Shown here one piece after another: positions 27,750 through 36,745 of a stretch of DNA of 64,000 bases; positions within the stretch are counted from its first letter, which is position 1; the number at the start of each line of letters is the position of its first letter. The notes below the pieces were generated by a model. It was given only the letters and a program-made list of their open reading frames with translations, was not told where the DNA came from and ran no database searches. The stretch is taken from contig CALODC010000009.1 of NCBI GenBank assembly GCA_942492095.1, positions 45,066 through 109,065 of the forward strand. The letters run 5' to 3'. The DNA comes from an uncultured Flavobacteriaceae bacterium (GTDB lineage Bacteria > Bacteroidota > Bacteroidia > Flavobacteriales > Flavobacteriaceae). The position numbers and the translations under genes are program-made.

Positions 27750-30158
27750 ATGAATTTCAGATTTAATAGTGTAAGCACAGGGTTAATTATTGTAATAAAC
27801 TTATTCATAAGCTCTTGTAAGACAAATACGGACCAGCAAGTTAGACTGGCAGGCCTTCAGGAACCGGTAGAAATTGTCAGGGATAGTTGGGGCATCAATC
27901 ATATCTATGCAAAGAATGAACACGATCTTTTCTATGCACAGGGATATGCCGCTGCCAAAGACCGGCTATTTCAATTTGAGATCTGGAGAAGGCAGGCAAC
28001 GGGTACAGTGGCTGAGATCCTGGGTGAACGGGAATTAAAACGGGATATTGGTACCAGGCTCTTTAAATTTCGGGGCGATCTCAATACTGAAATGAACCAC
28101 TATCACGATAACGGAGCAAACATCATTACCGCTTACACAGAAGGGGTCAATGCCTATATTGAGGAAGCATTGCAGCAACCTGAAAATCTACCTATAGAAT
28201 TCAAAATGTTAGGGATTACGCCTAAAAAGTGGACCCCGGACGTGGTTATTTCCAGGCATCAGGGGCTTTTGGGGAATATTGGCGCCGAACTGGAGATAGG
28301 AATGGCGGTGAATAAAATAGGGGTAGAGGCTGTGAAAGAGCTCTATTGGTTTCACCCCAAAGAACCCATCTTAGAGATAGATTCTGCCATTGATGGCTCC
28401 CTTCTCAATGATGAGATATTAGACGTCTACAGAGCGTACAGAAGGCCGGTGTATTTTGACAAAGAGGATGTAGTGCCAGCGTATCGGGGAACCCCGACCA
28501 GCACGGCACTACTATTTAATTCCGAAACACAAGAAGATTCATTATCCATAGGGAGCAATAACTGGGTAGTAAGTGGTGCGCTAACCAAGGATGGAAATAC
28601 GATCATGGCAAATGATCCCCATAGGACCATTGCGGTCCCATCGTTGAGGTATATGGCTCATTTGGTGGCTCCCGGATGGAATGTCATTGGAGGAGGAGAA
28701 CCCGAGATCCCCGGAATTTCAATAGGACACAATGAATACGGTACCTGGGGACTTACTGTATTTAGTACAGACGGCGAAGACCTTTATGTATATGATCTCA
28801 ACCCTGAGAACCTCAATGAATACCAGTACAAGGGAGGATGGGAAGCTATGGAGACAATCACTGAGACCATCCCGATCAAAGATAAAGAACCGAAAAAAAT
28901 AACACTGAGATACACACGTCATGGCCCGGTTACTTTTATTGATAGTGTACATCATAAAGCATATGCCATTCGATGCGCCTGGCTAGAACCAGGAGGGTCT
29001 CCCTATTTGGCGTCGCTACGCATGGACCAGGCGAAAACCTGGGAAGAATTCCGGGAAGCCTGTAACTATAGTAATATTCCGGGAGAGAATATGATCTGGG
29101 CAGATAAACAAGGAACCATTGGATGGCAGGCAGTTGGCATTGCTCCAATACGAAAGAATTTTAGTGGGTTGGTACCGGTGCCGGGCGATGGCCGTTATGA
29201 ATGGGAGGGGTACTTGCCCATAGTAGAAAAACCGCATGACGTAAATCCGCAAAGTGGGTTTATTGCCACTGCCAACCAGAATGTTACTCCTGCCTCTTAT
29301 GATCGTTGGGATGCTATTGGATATTCCTGGTCGGACCCCTATAGAGGTCAACGGGTGGAGGAGGTTTTAAAGGCAGGTACTAAATTCTCGATCGATGAGA
29401 TGATGGCACTGCAGGTAGACTACCTGTCTGTTCCTGCCAGAATACTGGTCCCAATGTTGGCCAGACTTTCACTGGAAGGGAAGGCAGCCAAGGCACGCGA
29501 TCTTCTGCTAAACTGGGATCATGAACTTTTACCCAATAGTATAGAAGCAGGTATCTACGTGGCTTTTGAAAGAGAATTAGAAAAGCAGGCAGAGGCAATG
29601 TTCATCCCTGAAGATGCAAAGGGAATAGTTTCTGGGATCCAAATGAAAAGAATTTTGGATTGGATGGAGCATCCGGAAGAGAAATTTGGTAAGAATGCCG
29701 CTGCGGCCAGAGACAGGTTACTTGTAAGCGCATTTAATACGTCTATCAGTACTCTGGAAAATACCCTGGGACAGGAGATAGAAGATTGGCAATACGGACA
29801 AGCAGATTATAAACATACCTATATGAAACATGCCTTAAGTGATGCCGTGGGGAAAGAGTGGGCAGATTCTTTAGATCTGGGTCCGCTTCCAAGAGGTGGC
29901 AACGGCTATACCCCGGGATCTACAGGGAACAATAATAGACAGAGCAGTGGTGCTTCCTTTAGGCTTATCGTCTCTACAGGAGATTGGGATACTGCCGTAG
30001 GGACCAATAGTCCTGGCCAGTCTGGCGACCCTGCCAGCCCATTTTACAGTAATTTGTTCGAACCCTGGGCAAAGGACCAATACTTCCCTGTTTTTTATTC
30101 CAGGGAAAAGATAGATTCGGTATCGGTGCAAACTGTACAATATCTTCCCAGAAGGTAG
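27750..30158 (+). CDS. Penicillin/AHL acylase family Ntn-hydrolase (lipoprotein)
   Basis: Lipobox LFISSC, GINHIYAKNEHDLFYAQGYAAAKDRLFQFE, and the self-processing nucleophile context GSNNWVVSG. Confidence 0.85.
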   Translation: MNFRFNSVSTGLIIVINLFISSCKTNTDQQVRLAGLQEPVEIVRDSWGINHIYAKNEHDLFYAQGYAAAKDRLFQFEIWRRQATGTVAEILGERELKRDIGTRLFKFRGDLNTEMNHYHDNGANIITAYTEGVNAYIEEALQQPENLPIEFKMLGITPKKWTPDVVISRHQGLLGNIGAELEIGMAVNKIGVEAVKELYWFHPKEPILEIDSAIDGSLLNDEILDVYRAYRRPVYFDKEDVVPAYRGTPTSTALLFNSETQEDSLSIGSNNWVVSGALTKDGNTIMANDPHRTIAVPSLRYMAHLVAPGWNVIGGGEPEIPGISIGHNEYGTWGLTVFSTDGEDLYVYDLNPENLNEYQYKGGWEAMETITETIPIKDKEPKKITLRYTRHGPVTFIDSVHHKAYAIRCAWLEPGGSPYLASLRMDQAKTWEEFREACNYSNIPGENMIWADKQGTIGWQAVGIAPIRKNFSGLVPVPGDGRYEWEGYLPIVEKPHDVNPQSGFIATANQNVTPASYDRWDAIGYSWSDPYRGQRVEEVLKAGTKFSIDEMMALQVDYLSVPARILVPMLARLSLEGKAAKARDLLLNWDHELLPNSIEAGIYVAFERELEKQAEAMFIPEDAKGIVSGIQMKRILDWMEHPEEKFGKNAAAARDRLLVSAFNTSISTLENTLGQEIEDWQYGQADYKHTYMKHALSDAVGKEWADSLDLGPLPRGGNGYTPGSTGNNNRQSSGASFRLIVSTGDWDTAVGTNSPGQSGDPASPFYSNLFEPWAKDQYFPVFYSREKIDSVSVQTVQYLPRR

Positions 30159-30164
30159 GGTTCC

Positions 30165-31064
30165 CTAGGGGGTGCTGGTAAGTTCGGTGAAAAGGCTTTC
30201 CAGGTTCTTATTCTTCCGGCTTAATTGAAGGGTTTTAAGTTGGTTGTCATGTGCAAAATCGAAGACTACAGGTCTCATGTCCTTGGTATGACTAAAGGTG
30301 ATCTCATATACAAAGCCAACGGTATTCTTAACAAAGGTCACATGTGGAAGTTTTTGCAGAAAGGCTTCTTCTACCCGGTAGTCGAACTCCACTTCAATGA
30401 TCTGTTCCTTTGCCTCCCTGAGATCAGATAATTTCTTATCGGCCACCAGACTTCCTTTATTTATGATGAGTACACGGTCGCAAACAGCTTCTACTTCCTT
30501 CATGATATGAGTAGAAAGCAGAATGGTCTTGTCTTTCCCTATCTCTCGGATCAACTTACGGATCTCCAAAAGTTGATTGGGATCCAAACCTGTGGTAGGT
30601 TCATCAAGGATAAGTACCTCCGGGTTGTGTAAGAGGGCCGCCGCCAGACCTACACGTTGTCTGTATCCCTTGGAGAGTTGGCCAATTTTCTTGTGAGCTT
30701 CCGGACTCAGACCAATTTGATCTAGTACCTCATCTATTCGATGTTTAGGCACCTGGTACACTTCAGCATTGAACTGCAGGTATTCCTTTACGTACATCTC
30801 CAGGTATAGCGGATTGTGCTCCGGCAAATAGCCAATACTCTTTTGAACCAACCGAGCTTCCGTTTCCACATGATATCCATTTACCAAAGCCATACCCTCA
30901 TCGGCTTTTAGATAAGTGGTAAGGATCTTCATCAAAGTAGATTTTCCAGCCCCATTGGGCCCAAGGAAACCTACAATTTCACCTTTTGCAATGCTAAAAG
31001 ACAGGTCGTTGAGGGCTACTTGCTGCCCGTATGTTTTAGTAAGATGCTCAACCGTTATAGACAT
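30165..31064 (-). CDS. gldA: Gliding-motility ABC transporter ATP-binding subunit
   Basis: MSITVEHLTKTYG..., Walker A GPNGAGKST, signature LSKGYRQR, Walker B LILDEP. The C-terminal half is typical of GldA. Start chosen at the ATG at 31064, not the ORF-track start at 31094. Confidence 0.8.
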   Translation of the reverse strand: MSITVEHLTKTYGQQVALNDLSFSIAKGEIVGFLGPNGAGKSTLMKILTTYLKADEGMALVNGYHVETEARLVQKSIGYLPEHNPLYLEMYVKEYLQFNAEVYQVPKHRIDEVLDQIGLSPEAHKKIGQLSKGYRQRVGLAAALLHNPEVLILDEPTTGLDPNQLLEIRKLIREIGKDKTILLSTHIMKEVEAVCDRVLIINKGSLVADKKLSDLREAKEQIIEVEFDYRVEEAFLQKLPHVTFVKNTVGFVYEITFSHTKDMRPVVFDFAHDNQLKTLQLSRKNKNLESLFTELTSTP

Positions 31065-31330
31065 ATGATCCTTAATTCTGAAGTAAAAATACACATTGTG
31101 CCATAAAAAAGACGACTGGCAAAGAAGCTTTATTTCTTCTAAATTAAACAGATCAGAAAAGGTGTTAATGCTGCTATCTTATTTCCATTATTACAGAATC
31201 CTCAGTAAAAACAGATCTGAGAAAAAAAATCCGCAGTTATTTCTCAATATTCATCAACATTCAAAAAAATAAATCCATAAAGGCGCATTTTTCAATTTAA
31301 TAATTACCTTAGCCTGAGGTTTTAAAGATC

Positions 31331-31402
31331 ATGACAAACAATTATTTCTGGAGCGGTTTCTATTTTTACTTCTTTAACAAAAGAGGCAAGGGACTGTTAT
31401 AG
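31331..31402 (+). CDS. Putative aromatic-rich leader peptide MTNNYFWSGFYFYFFNKRGKGLL
   Basis: 23-codon ATG ORF in which 9 of 11 consecutive codons are Phe/Tyr/Trp. It is followed by a terminator and the aromatic amino-acid biosynthesis operon. Confidence 0.6.
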   Translation: MTNNYFWSGFYFYFFNKRGKGLL

Positions 31403-31427
31403 CTAATTGTGAAACGATAACTATAGA

Positions 31428-31456
31428 AGTCCCGTAGAAAACGGGACTTTTTTTTT
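31428..31456 (+). terminator. Intrinsic terminator (attenuator) directly upstream of pheA
   Basis: AGTCCCGT (31428-31435) / ACGGGACT (31441-31448), loop AGAAA, T8 at 31449-31456. The 5' arm can alternatively pair with GGGACT at 31390-31395. Confidence 0.75.
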
Positions 31457-32296
31457 GTGACCATTAAAGTGAAAAAAAGGATAGCCATACAGGGAATTCA
31501 GGGATCGAACCATCACCAGGTTGCTCGTGAGTATTTTGGTGACAACATAGAGCTGGTAGAGTGTATGTCTTTTCATGGCTTGGTAGACCAATTACTAGAT
31601 GGCCGTGCAGATAAAGGGGTAATGGCCATCGAGAATTCTATCGCCGGCTCCATAATTCCCAATTACGCCCTGGTCTATGAAAATAACCTGCATATCATAG
31701 GGGAGTACTATCTGAATATACATCACAACTTAATGGCGTTAGAAGGTCAAACCCTTGCAGATATAAAAGAGGTTCGTTCACATCCCATGGCCCTGTTACA
31801 ATGCCGTGAATACCTAAAAACTCAGGTGCATATTAAGATGGTGGAGGATGTGGATACCGCTGAAACGGCAAAGCGTATTCAGGATCAGCAATTAAAGGGA
31901 GTAGCGGCTATTGCTCCCGCCGCAGCGGCTGAATTGTTTAAATTGCAGATCATCGCACCCGAAATTCAGACCATAAAAAACAACGCCACCCGCTTTATCA
32001 TAGTAAAAATAACAAATAAGGAACTACCGAAGGAAGAGATCAACAAAGCGTCCATACGGTTTATTACAGATCACAAAAGGGGTAGTTTGGCAACTGTGTT
32101 AAATGTTATGAGCGACTGTTATTTAAATCTGACCAAAATACAGAGTTTACCCATAATAGAGACGCCATGGAAGTACGCCTTTTTTGTAGATGTTACCTTC
32201 GATAAGTACGAGTACTTTGAAAAGGCAAAGTCGCTTCTCCGGATAATGTCGGAGGATTTTAAGGTTTTGGGAGAATATAAAAATGTGATGGTATGA
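31457..32296 (+). CDS. pheA: Prephenate dehydratase (PDT + ACT domains, no chorismate mutase domain)
   Basis: IAIQGIQGSNHH, TRFIIV and the ACT region GSLATVLNVM. GTG start at 31457 (alternative GTG at 31469). Confidence 0.88.
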   Translation: MTIKVKKRIAIQGIQGSNHHQVAREYFGDNIELVECMSFHGLVDQLLDGRADKGVMAIENSIAGSIIPNYALVYENNLHIIGEYYLNIHHNLMALEGQTLADIKEVRSHPMALLQCREYLKTQVHIKMVEDVDTAETAKRIQDQQLKGVAAIAPAAAAELFKLQIIAPEIQTIKNNATRFIIVKITNKELPKEEINKASIRFITDHKRGSLATVLNVMSDCYLNLTKIQSLPIIETPWKYAFFVDVTFDKYEYFEKAKSLLRIMSEDFKVLGEYKNVMV

Positions 32297-33450
32297 TTAA
32301 GACGGCAGAAAGGCTGACTACCATAGAAGAATACTACTTCTCCAGGAAACTAAGGGAAGTAAGAGGGCTTATGGCCAAAGGCAGGCCAATAATTAATATG
32401 GGAATTGGGAGTCCGGATCTATCTCCATCTAAGGAGGTGTTGCAGACAATGCAGAACGCCCTGAATGATCAGGGAGCCCACCAATATCAAAGTTATCAGG
32501 GCTTACCAGCCTTGAGGTTAGCAATTGCGGATTTTTATAAGGAAAAGTTTGGTGTCCTTGCAGATCCTGAGCATGAGATTCTGCCTCTTATGGGGTCTAA
32601 GGAAGGAATCATGCACATAAGCATGGCCTTTCTGAATCCGGGTGATCAGGCATTGATCCCCAATCCGGGATATCCAACCTATCAGGCGGTCACAAAATTA
32701 ATTGGTGCAGTACCCCGCAGTTATGATCTTTTAGAAGAAAACAATTGGTTTCCGGATCTTGAGAAGCTGGCCTCTGAAGATCTTTCTAGCGTAAAACTAA
32801 TGTGGGTAAGCTATCCTCATATGCCAACGGGGGCTACGGCTTCTTTTGAAAAATTGAGAGATTTAATAGCCTTTGCCAAAAAGCATTCTATCCTATTGGT
32901 CAATGACAATCCATACAGCTTTGTATTAGGGAACCACCCTACCAGCATTCTGGAAATTGAAGGGGCCAAAGAGGTGGCGCTAGAATTGAATTCTTTGAGT
33001 AAGACCTTTAATATGGCAGGATGGCGAGTAGGCATGGTGCTTGGCAAAAAAGAACACATTGAGGCAGTTTTAAAGGTAAAAAGCAATATGGATTCCGGGA
33101 TGTTTTACGGAATACAAAAAGGAGCGATTGCAGCCCTGCAGAGCGGTAAAGCCTGGTTCGAGGAATTAGATGCCGTATACAGGCAGCGAAGAAAGCGAAT
33201 GTTTCAACTCGTAACTTTATTGCAATGCACCTTTGATCCGGACGCCGTAGGTATGTTTGTATGGGCAAAGTTGCCAAAAGGCTCAAAATCGTCAGAAGAA
33301 TTCATAGATGAGATACTGCATACCAGGGATATTTTTATTGCCCCGGGCACCATTTTTGGAAGTAACGGAGAAGGATATATACGTTTTTCTCTTTGCGTAA
33401 CTGCCGAAAAGATTGAAGAGGCAATAGCGCGTTTTAAAAAACAGGGATGA
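32293..33450 (+). CDS. Class I/II PLP-dependent aminotransferase (probable aromatic/prephenate aminotransferase)
   Basis: PLP-lysine context NSLSKTFNMAGWRVG. ATGA overlap with pheA and with the next gene. Confidence 0.85.
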   Translation: MIKTAERLTTIEEYYFSRKLREVRGLMAKGRPIINMGIGSPDLSPSKEVLQTMQNALNDQGAHQYQSYQGLPALRLAIADFYKEKFGVLADPEHEILPLMGSKEGIMHISMAFLNPGDQALIPNPGYPTYQAVTKLIGAVPRSYDLLEENNWFPDLEKLASEDLSSVKLMWVSYPHMPTGATASFEKLRDLIAFAKKHSILLVNDNPYSFVLGNHPTSILEIEGAKEVALELNSLSKTFNMAGWRVGMVLGKKEHIEAVLKVKSNMDSGMFYGIQKGAIAALQSGKAWFEELDAVYRQRRKRMFQLVTLLQCTFDPDAVGMFVWAKLPKGSKSSEEFIDEILHTRDIFIAPGTIFGSNGEGYIRFSLCVTAEKIEEAIARFKKQG

Positions 33451-34307
33451 AAATAGGAATCATAGGAATCGGATTAATTGGAGGCTCATTTGCTAAGGAC
33501 CTTAAAAAGGTGTACACCAGTGTACATATCATTGGGTTGGATGCAAATGAGGCACATCTGGAAACAGCCTTGGAGCTTGGAATTATAGATGCCAAAGGAG
33601 ATGAGCGTTCAATAAAGGAAGTAGACATTCTATTTCTGACGATTCCTGTAGATGCTGCTGTTAATACCTTGCCGGGAATGCTCGATATCATTGAGGACGA
33701 AACCTTAATAATCGATGCCGGTTCTACCAAGGCATTGATCTGTTCAAATGTTAGGTCTCATCCAAAAAGAAGAAATTTTCTGGCTTGTCATCCCATAGCC
33801 GGTACAGAATTTTCAGGACCATCGGCGGCCATCGAAGGACTATTTGAAGGGAAGACCAATATCATTTGCGAAGTAGAGAAGACAGCCTTTAAATTACAGG
33901 AAAAGGCATTGGAGATCTTTCAGAAGTTGGGAATGCGTATCCGGTATATGAATCCGGAAGCACATGACAAACATATCGCCTATGTATCTCATTTATCGCA
34001 CATAAGTTCATTTATGCTCGGGAAAACCGTGATCGAAAAGGAAAAAAATGAACGCGATATCTTTGACATGGCAGGGAGTGGTTTTGAAAGTACGGTGCGT
34101 CTCGCCAAGAGTTCCCCGGCGATGTGGACGCCCATATTTGATCAGAACAAAGAGAATGTCATTGAAACCCTCGAAGAATACATTCAGAATTTAGAGGCTT
34201 TTAAACAAAAGTTGAAAGATGACGATCTCGAAGGTATATTTAAAGACATGCAGGATACAAATAAAATCAAGGAAATATTAAAAGGAATACCCCTCAACAA
34301 ATTATAA
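33447..34307 (+). CDS. tyrA: Prephenate dehydrogenase
   Basis: MKIGIIGIGLIGGSFA Rossmann motif, HPIAGTEFSGP, HDKHIAYVSHLSH. Confidence 0.88.
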   Translation: MKIGIIGIGLIGGSFAKDLKKVYTSVHIIGLDANEAHLETALELGIIDAKGDERSIKEVDILFLTIPVDAAVNTLPGMLDIIEDETLIIDAGSTKALICSNVRSHPKRRNFLACHPIAGTEFSGPSAAIEGLFEGKTNIICEVEKTAFKLQEKALEIFQKLGMRIRYMNPEAHDKHIAYVSHLSHISSFMLGKTVIEKEKNERDIFDMAGSGFESTVRLAKSSPAMWTPIFDQNKENVIETLEEYIQNLEAFKQKLKDDDLEGIFKDMQDTNKIKEILKGIPLNKL

Positions 34308-34314
34308 GGACATT

Positions 34315-35397
34315 ATGGAAAATTCGAAGGATTTACGAAACTGGTTAGATAAAATGGAGCTCTCCCACCCTTTGGTGATCGCGGGTCCCTGTAGTGCAGA
34401 AACTGAAGCACAGGTACTCCAGATAGCCCATGAATTGAAAGACACGGACGTTAACTACTACCGTGCCGGGATTTGGAAACCACGTACGCGCCCCGGTAAT
34501 TTCGAAGGGGTAGGGGCCATTGGTTTAAAATGGTTGCAGCAGGTAAAAAAAGAAACCGGATTAAAGACGGCCACCGAGGTAGCTAACAGGGCGCATGTAG
34601 ACCTTGCCCTGGAACACGACATTGACCTCTTGTGGATAGGAGCCCGCTCTACTGTGAGTCCGTTTATTGTACAGGAAATAGCAGATGCTTTAAAGGGGAC
34701 AGACAAGGTTGTCTTGATAAAAAACCCCGTAAACCCGGATCTCTCCTTGTGGTTAGGCGCAGTAGAAAGACTCTATTCTGCAGATATTAAGAACCTGGGG
34801 GTTATCCATCGCGGCTTTTCGACCTATGAGAAATCGAAGTACAGAAATATTCCGGAATGGCAATTGGCCATAGAACTGCAAACCAAGTTCCCCGATCTGC
34901 CACTGATCAATGATCCATCTCATATCACAGGGAAAAGGGATATGATCTTTGATGTTTCTCAAACCGCACTGGACCTGAATTTTGACGGACTTATGATTGA
35001 GACCCATTTTGATCCGGACAATGCCTGGAGTGATGCTGCACAGCAAGTAACCCCAAAAAGACTGATACAGATCATGAACGATTTAAAAATTAGAAAAGAA
35101 ACAGACCAGGAAGCAGAATACAACAATAAACTTAGCAACCTAAGGGCACAGATCGATATTATAGATAATCAACTGATTGATATTCTAGGTAAGCGTATGC
35201 TTGTTTCTAATGGGATTGGAGAATTAAAGAAACAACGCAATGTGGCCGTACTTCAAACAAATCGATGGAATGCCATTCTCGGGAAAATGATCCTGGAAGG
35301 TGAGGCGAAAGGTCTGAGCGAAGAATTTGTCTTAAAAATGTTTAAGGCCATTCACCAGGAATCTATTAACCATCAGGAAAAAATAATTAACGCATAA
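34315..35397 (+). CDS. Bifunctional 3-deoxy-7-phosphoheptulonate (DAHP) synthase type I-beta / chorismate mutase
   Basis: KDO8PS-like DAHPS core (IAGPCSAE, RAGIWKPRT, NDPSH) with a C-terminal AroQ chorismate mutase (LRAQIDIIDNQLIDILGKR). Confidence 0.88.
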   Translation: MENSKDLRNWLDKMELSHPLVIAGPCSAETEAQVLQIAHELKDTDVNYYRAGIWKPRTRPGNFEGVGAIGLKWLQQVKKETGLKTATEVANRAHVDLALEHDIDLLWIGARSTVSPFIVQEIADALKGTDKVVLIKNPVNPDLSLWLGAVERLYSADIKNLGVIHRGFSTYEKSKYRNIPEWQLAIELQTKFPDLPLINDPSHITGKRDMIFDVSQTALDLNFDGLMIETHFDPDNAWSDAAQQVTPKRLIQIMNDLKIRKETDQEAEYNNKLSNLRAQIDIIDNQLIDILGKRMLVSNGIGELKKQRNVAVLQTNRWNAILGKMILEGEAKGLSEEFVLKMFKAIHQESINHQEKIINA

Positions 35398-35465
35398 TTA
35401 TTTTCCTGCATAGTGTAACATTTTAAGTGATCAATTGTCTTTATCAAAACACTAATAAACATCTT

Positions 35466-36140
35466 ATGAAAAAATTACTATTGTTCGCATTTGTACTGGT
35501 AGCCGTAAATTCTTTTGCCCAGCGCATTGTAGATAAAGAAGTTGGAGACTTTAACGAGATAAAGGTCTTTGACCTGATCGAAGTGAACCTGATCAAGGCA
35601 GATGAAAATCGTATTTTAATTAAAGGAGACCATGTAGACGACATCCAATTTGTCAATAAGGACGGCGTCTTAAAACTAAGGATGCAACTCGAAAAAAAGT
35701 TTCAGGGAGAAGATACGCTGATAGAGGTGTATTACACAGATATTGATATTATTGACGGAAATGAAGGCGCCCAGATCGTATGCAATGAAACTGTGGCGAA
35801 AGACGCCATCACCGTGAAGGTGCAGGAAGGGGCCCAGGTGAAAATAGGGATGGACGTTAGGCAATTAGATGCCCGAGCCGTTACAGGTGGTATTATTGAA
35901 GCCTCAGGCGTAGCAAAGAATCAGGTGATCGTATTAAATACCGGTGGAATTTTTGAAGGTAGAGATTTAAAAACTGCCTATTCCTCCGTAAAAGTCAGTG
36001 CGGGGGGTGAAGCTACCCTCAGTGCTTCTGAAAAAGTTGATATCAATGTAAGAGCCGGTGGGGACGTGATCGTATACGGAAATCCAAAAGAAGTAAACAA
36101 GAATACCCTTGCCGGGGGTCGCATTTTCATTAAGGATTAG
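35466..36140 (+). CDS. DUF2807 / head-GIN domain protein (secreted)
   Basis: Start at MKKLLLFAFVLVAVNSFAQ (ATG at 35466). Repeated beta-helix-like segments, as in the paralogue at 8780..9541. Confidence 0.65.
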   Translation: MKKLLLFAFVLVAVNSFAQRIVDKEVGDFNEIKVFDLIEVNLIKADENRILIKGDHVDDIQFVNKDGVLKLRMQLEKKFQGEDTLIEVYYTDIDIIDGNEGAQIVCNETVAKDAITVKVQEGAQVKIGMDVRQLDARAVTGGIIEASGVAKNQVIVLNTGGIFEGRDLKTAYSSVKVSAGGEATLSASEKVDINVRAGGDVIVYGNPKEVNKNTLAGGRIFIKD

Positions 36141-36155
36141 CTAAATACAAACGGT

Positions 36156-36194
36156 AAAAAAAGCCCTGATCTGTTTGGATCAGGGCTTTTTTTT
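36156..36194. terminator. Bidirectional rho-independent terminator between convergent genes
   Basis: A-run 36156-36162, AGCCCTGATC (36162-36171) / GATCAGGGCT (36178-36187), a perfect 10-bp stem, then a T-run to 36194. Confidence 0.8.
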
Positions 36195-36205
36195 GTAATC
36201 GGTGA

Positions 36206-36646
36206 TTAGCGCTTAAAAATATAACGCGTAATAAATATCCCCTGTCCGTCTCCTTTGCCGGCTTCACTTTCAACAGCACTGGTGACAAAAGCAAGTTCCC
36301 ATCCATCAGAGATCATCGTATTGATCATGGATGTAATAATGGCGTCATTGGCCGCGATATTTTGAAACCTGATACCACCAAGGTTGTAAAAGTTGAGTAA
36401 TTTTGTTTCTTCAAAGTTTTTCACTCTGATTTCTTCCCGGTCCGACTTGTTACGAGTATTGTCTTCCTCAGTTTGAACACTGGTAAATTCCTTGTAATCC
36501 TTTTCTTCCATCGCGTTTATGATCCTTGATCTTCCCAGACCATTTGGCACGATAGATTCTACACTGGTGATAACTTTAAATTCCTGAGCTTCAAGGCCAA
36601 GTATACAAGATGAGACCAAGAGAACAAATAAGATACTTTTTTTCAT
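36206..36646 (-). CDS. Hypothetical secreted protein (146 aa)
   Basis: Clean ORF with signal peptide MKKSILFVLLVSSCILGLEAQ and no recognisable motif. Confidence 0.6.
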   Translation of the reverse strand: MKKSILFVLLVSSCILGLEAQEFKVITSVESIVPNGLGRSRIINAMEEKDYKEFTSVQTEEDNTRNKSDREEIRVKNFEETKLLNFYNLGGIRFQNIAANDAIITSMINTMISDGWELAFVTSAVESEAGKGDGQGIFITRYIFKR

Positions 36647-36745
36647 TTGTGTTAATTTTTAAACGGTTCAATTGTTATTTACACTATAAAGATAACCGTT
36701 CGTGTAAAAGTAAAATTGTTTCTTTGTAAGGAGATATGAACAAGT

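Noticed and set aside
27750-30158. Interpreting the penicillin-acylase family gene as a beta-lactam resistance or quorum-quenching determinant
   Set aside because: Family membership alone does not define the substrate, so only the generic Ntn-hydrolase acylase call is justified.
31065-31094. Aromatic-rich N-terminal extension MYFYFRIKDH of the gldA ORF on the minus strand
   Set aside because: GldA homologues start at MSITVEH-type sequences. The extension is just the in-frame upstream region, and its aromatic bias reflects AT-rich sequence. It is unrelated to the plus-strand leader at 31331.
31150-31233. Imperfect direct repeat AAACAGATC(A/T)GA(G)AAAA upstream of the leader ORF
   Set aside because: It is short, A-rich, has mismatches and occurs only twice, which is compatible with chance in an AT-rich spacer.
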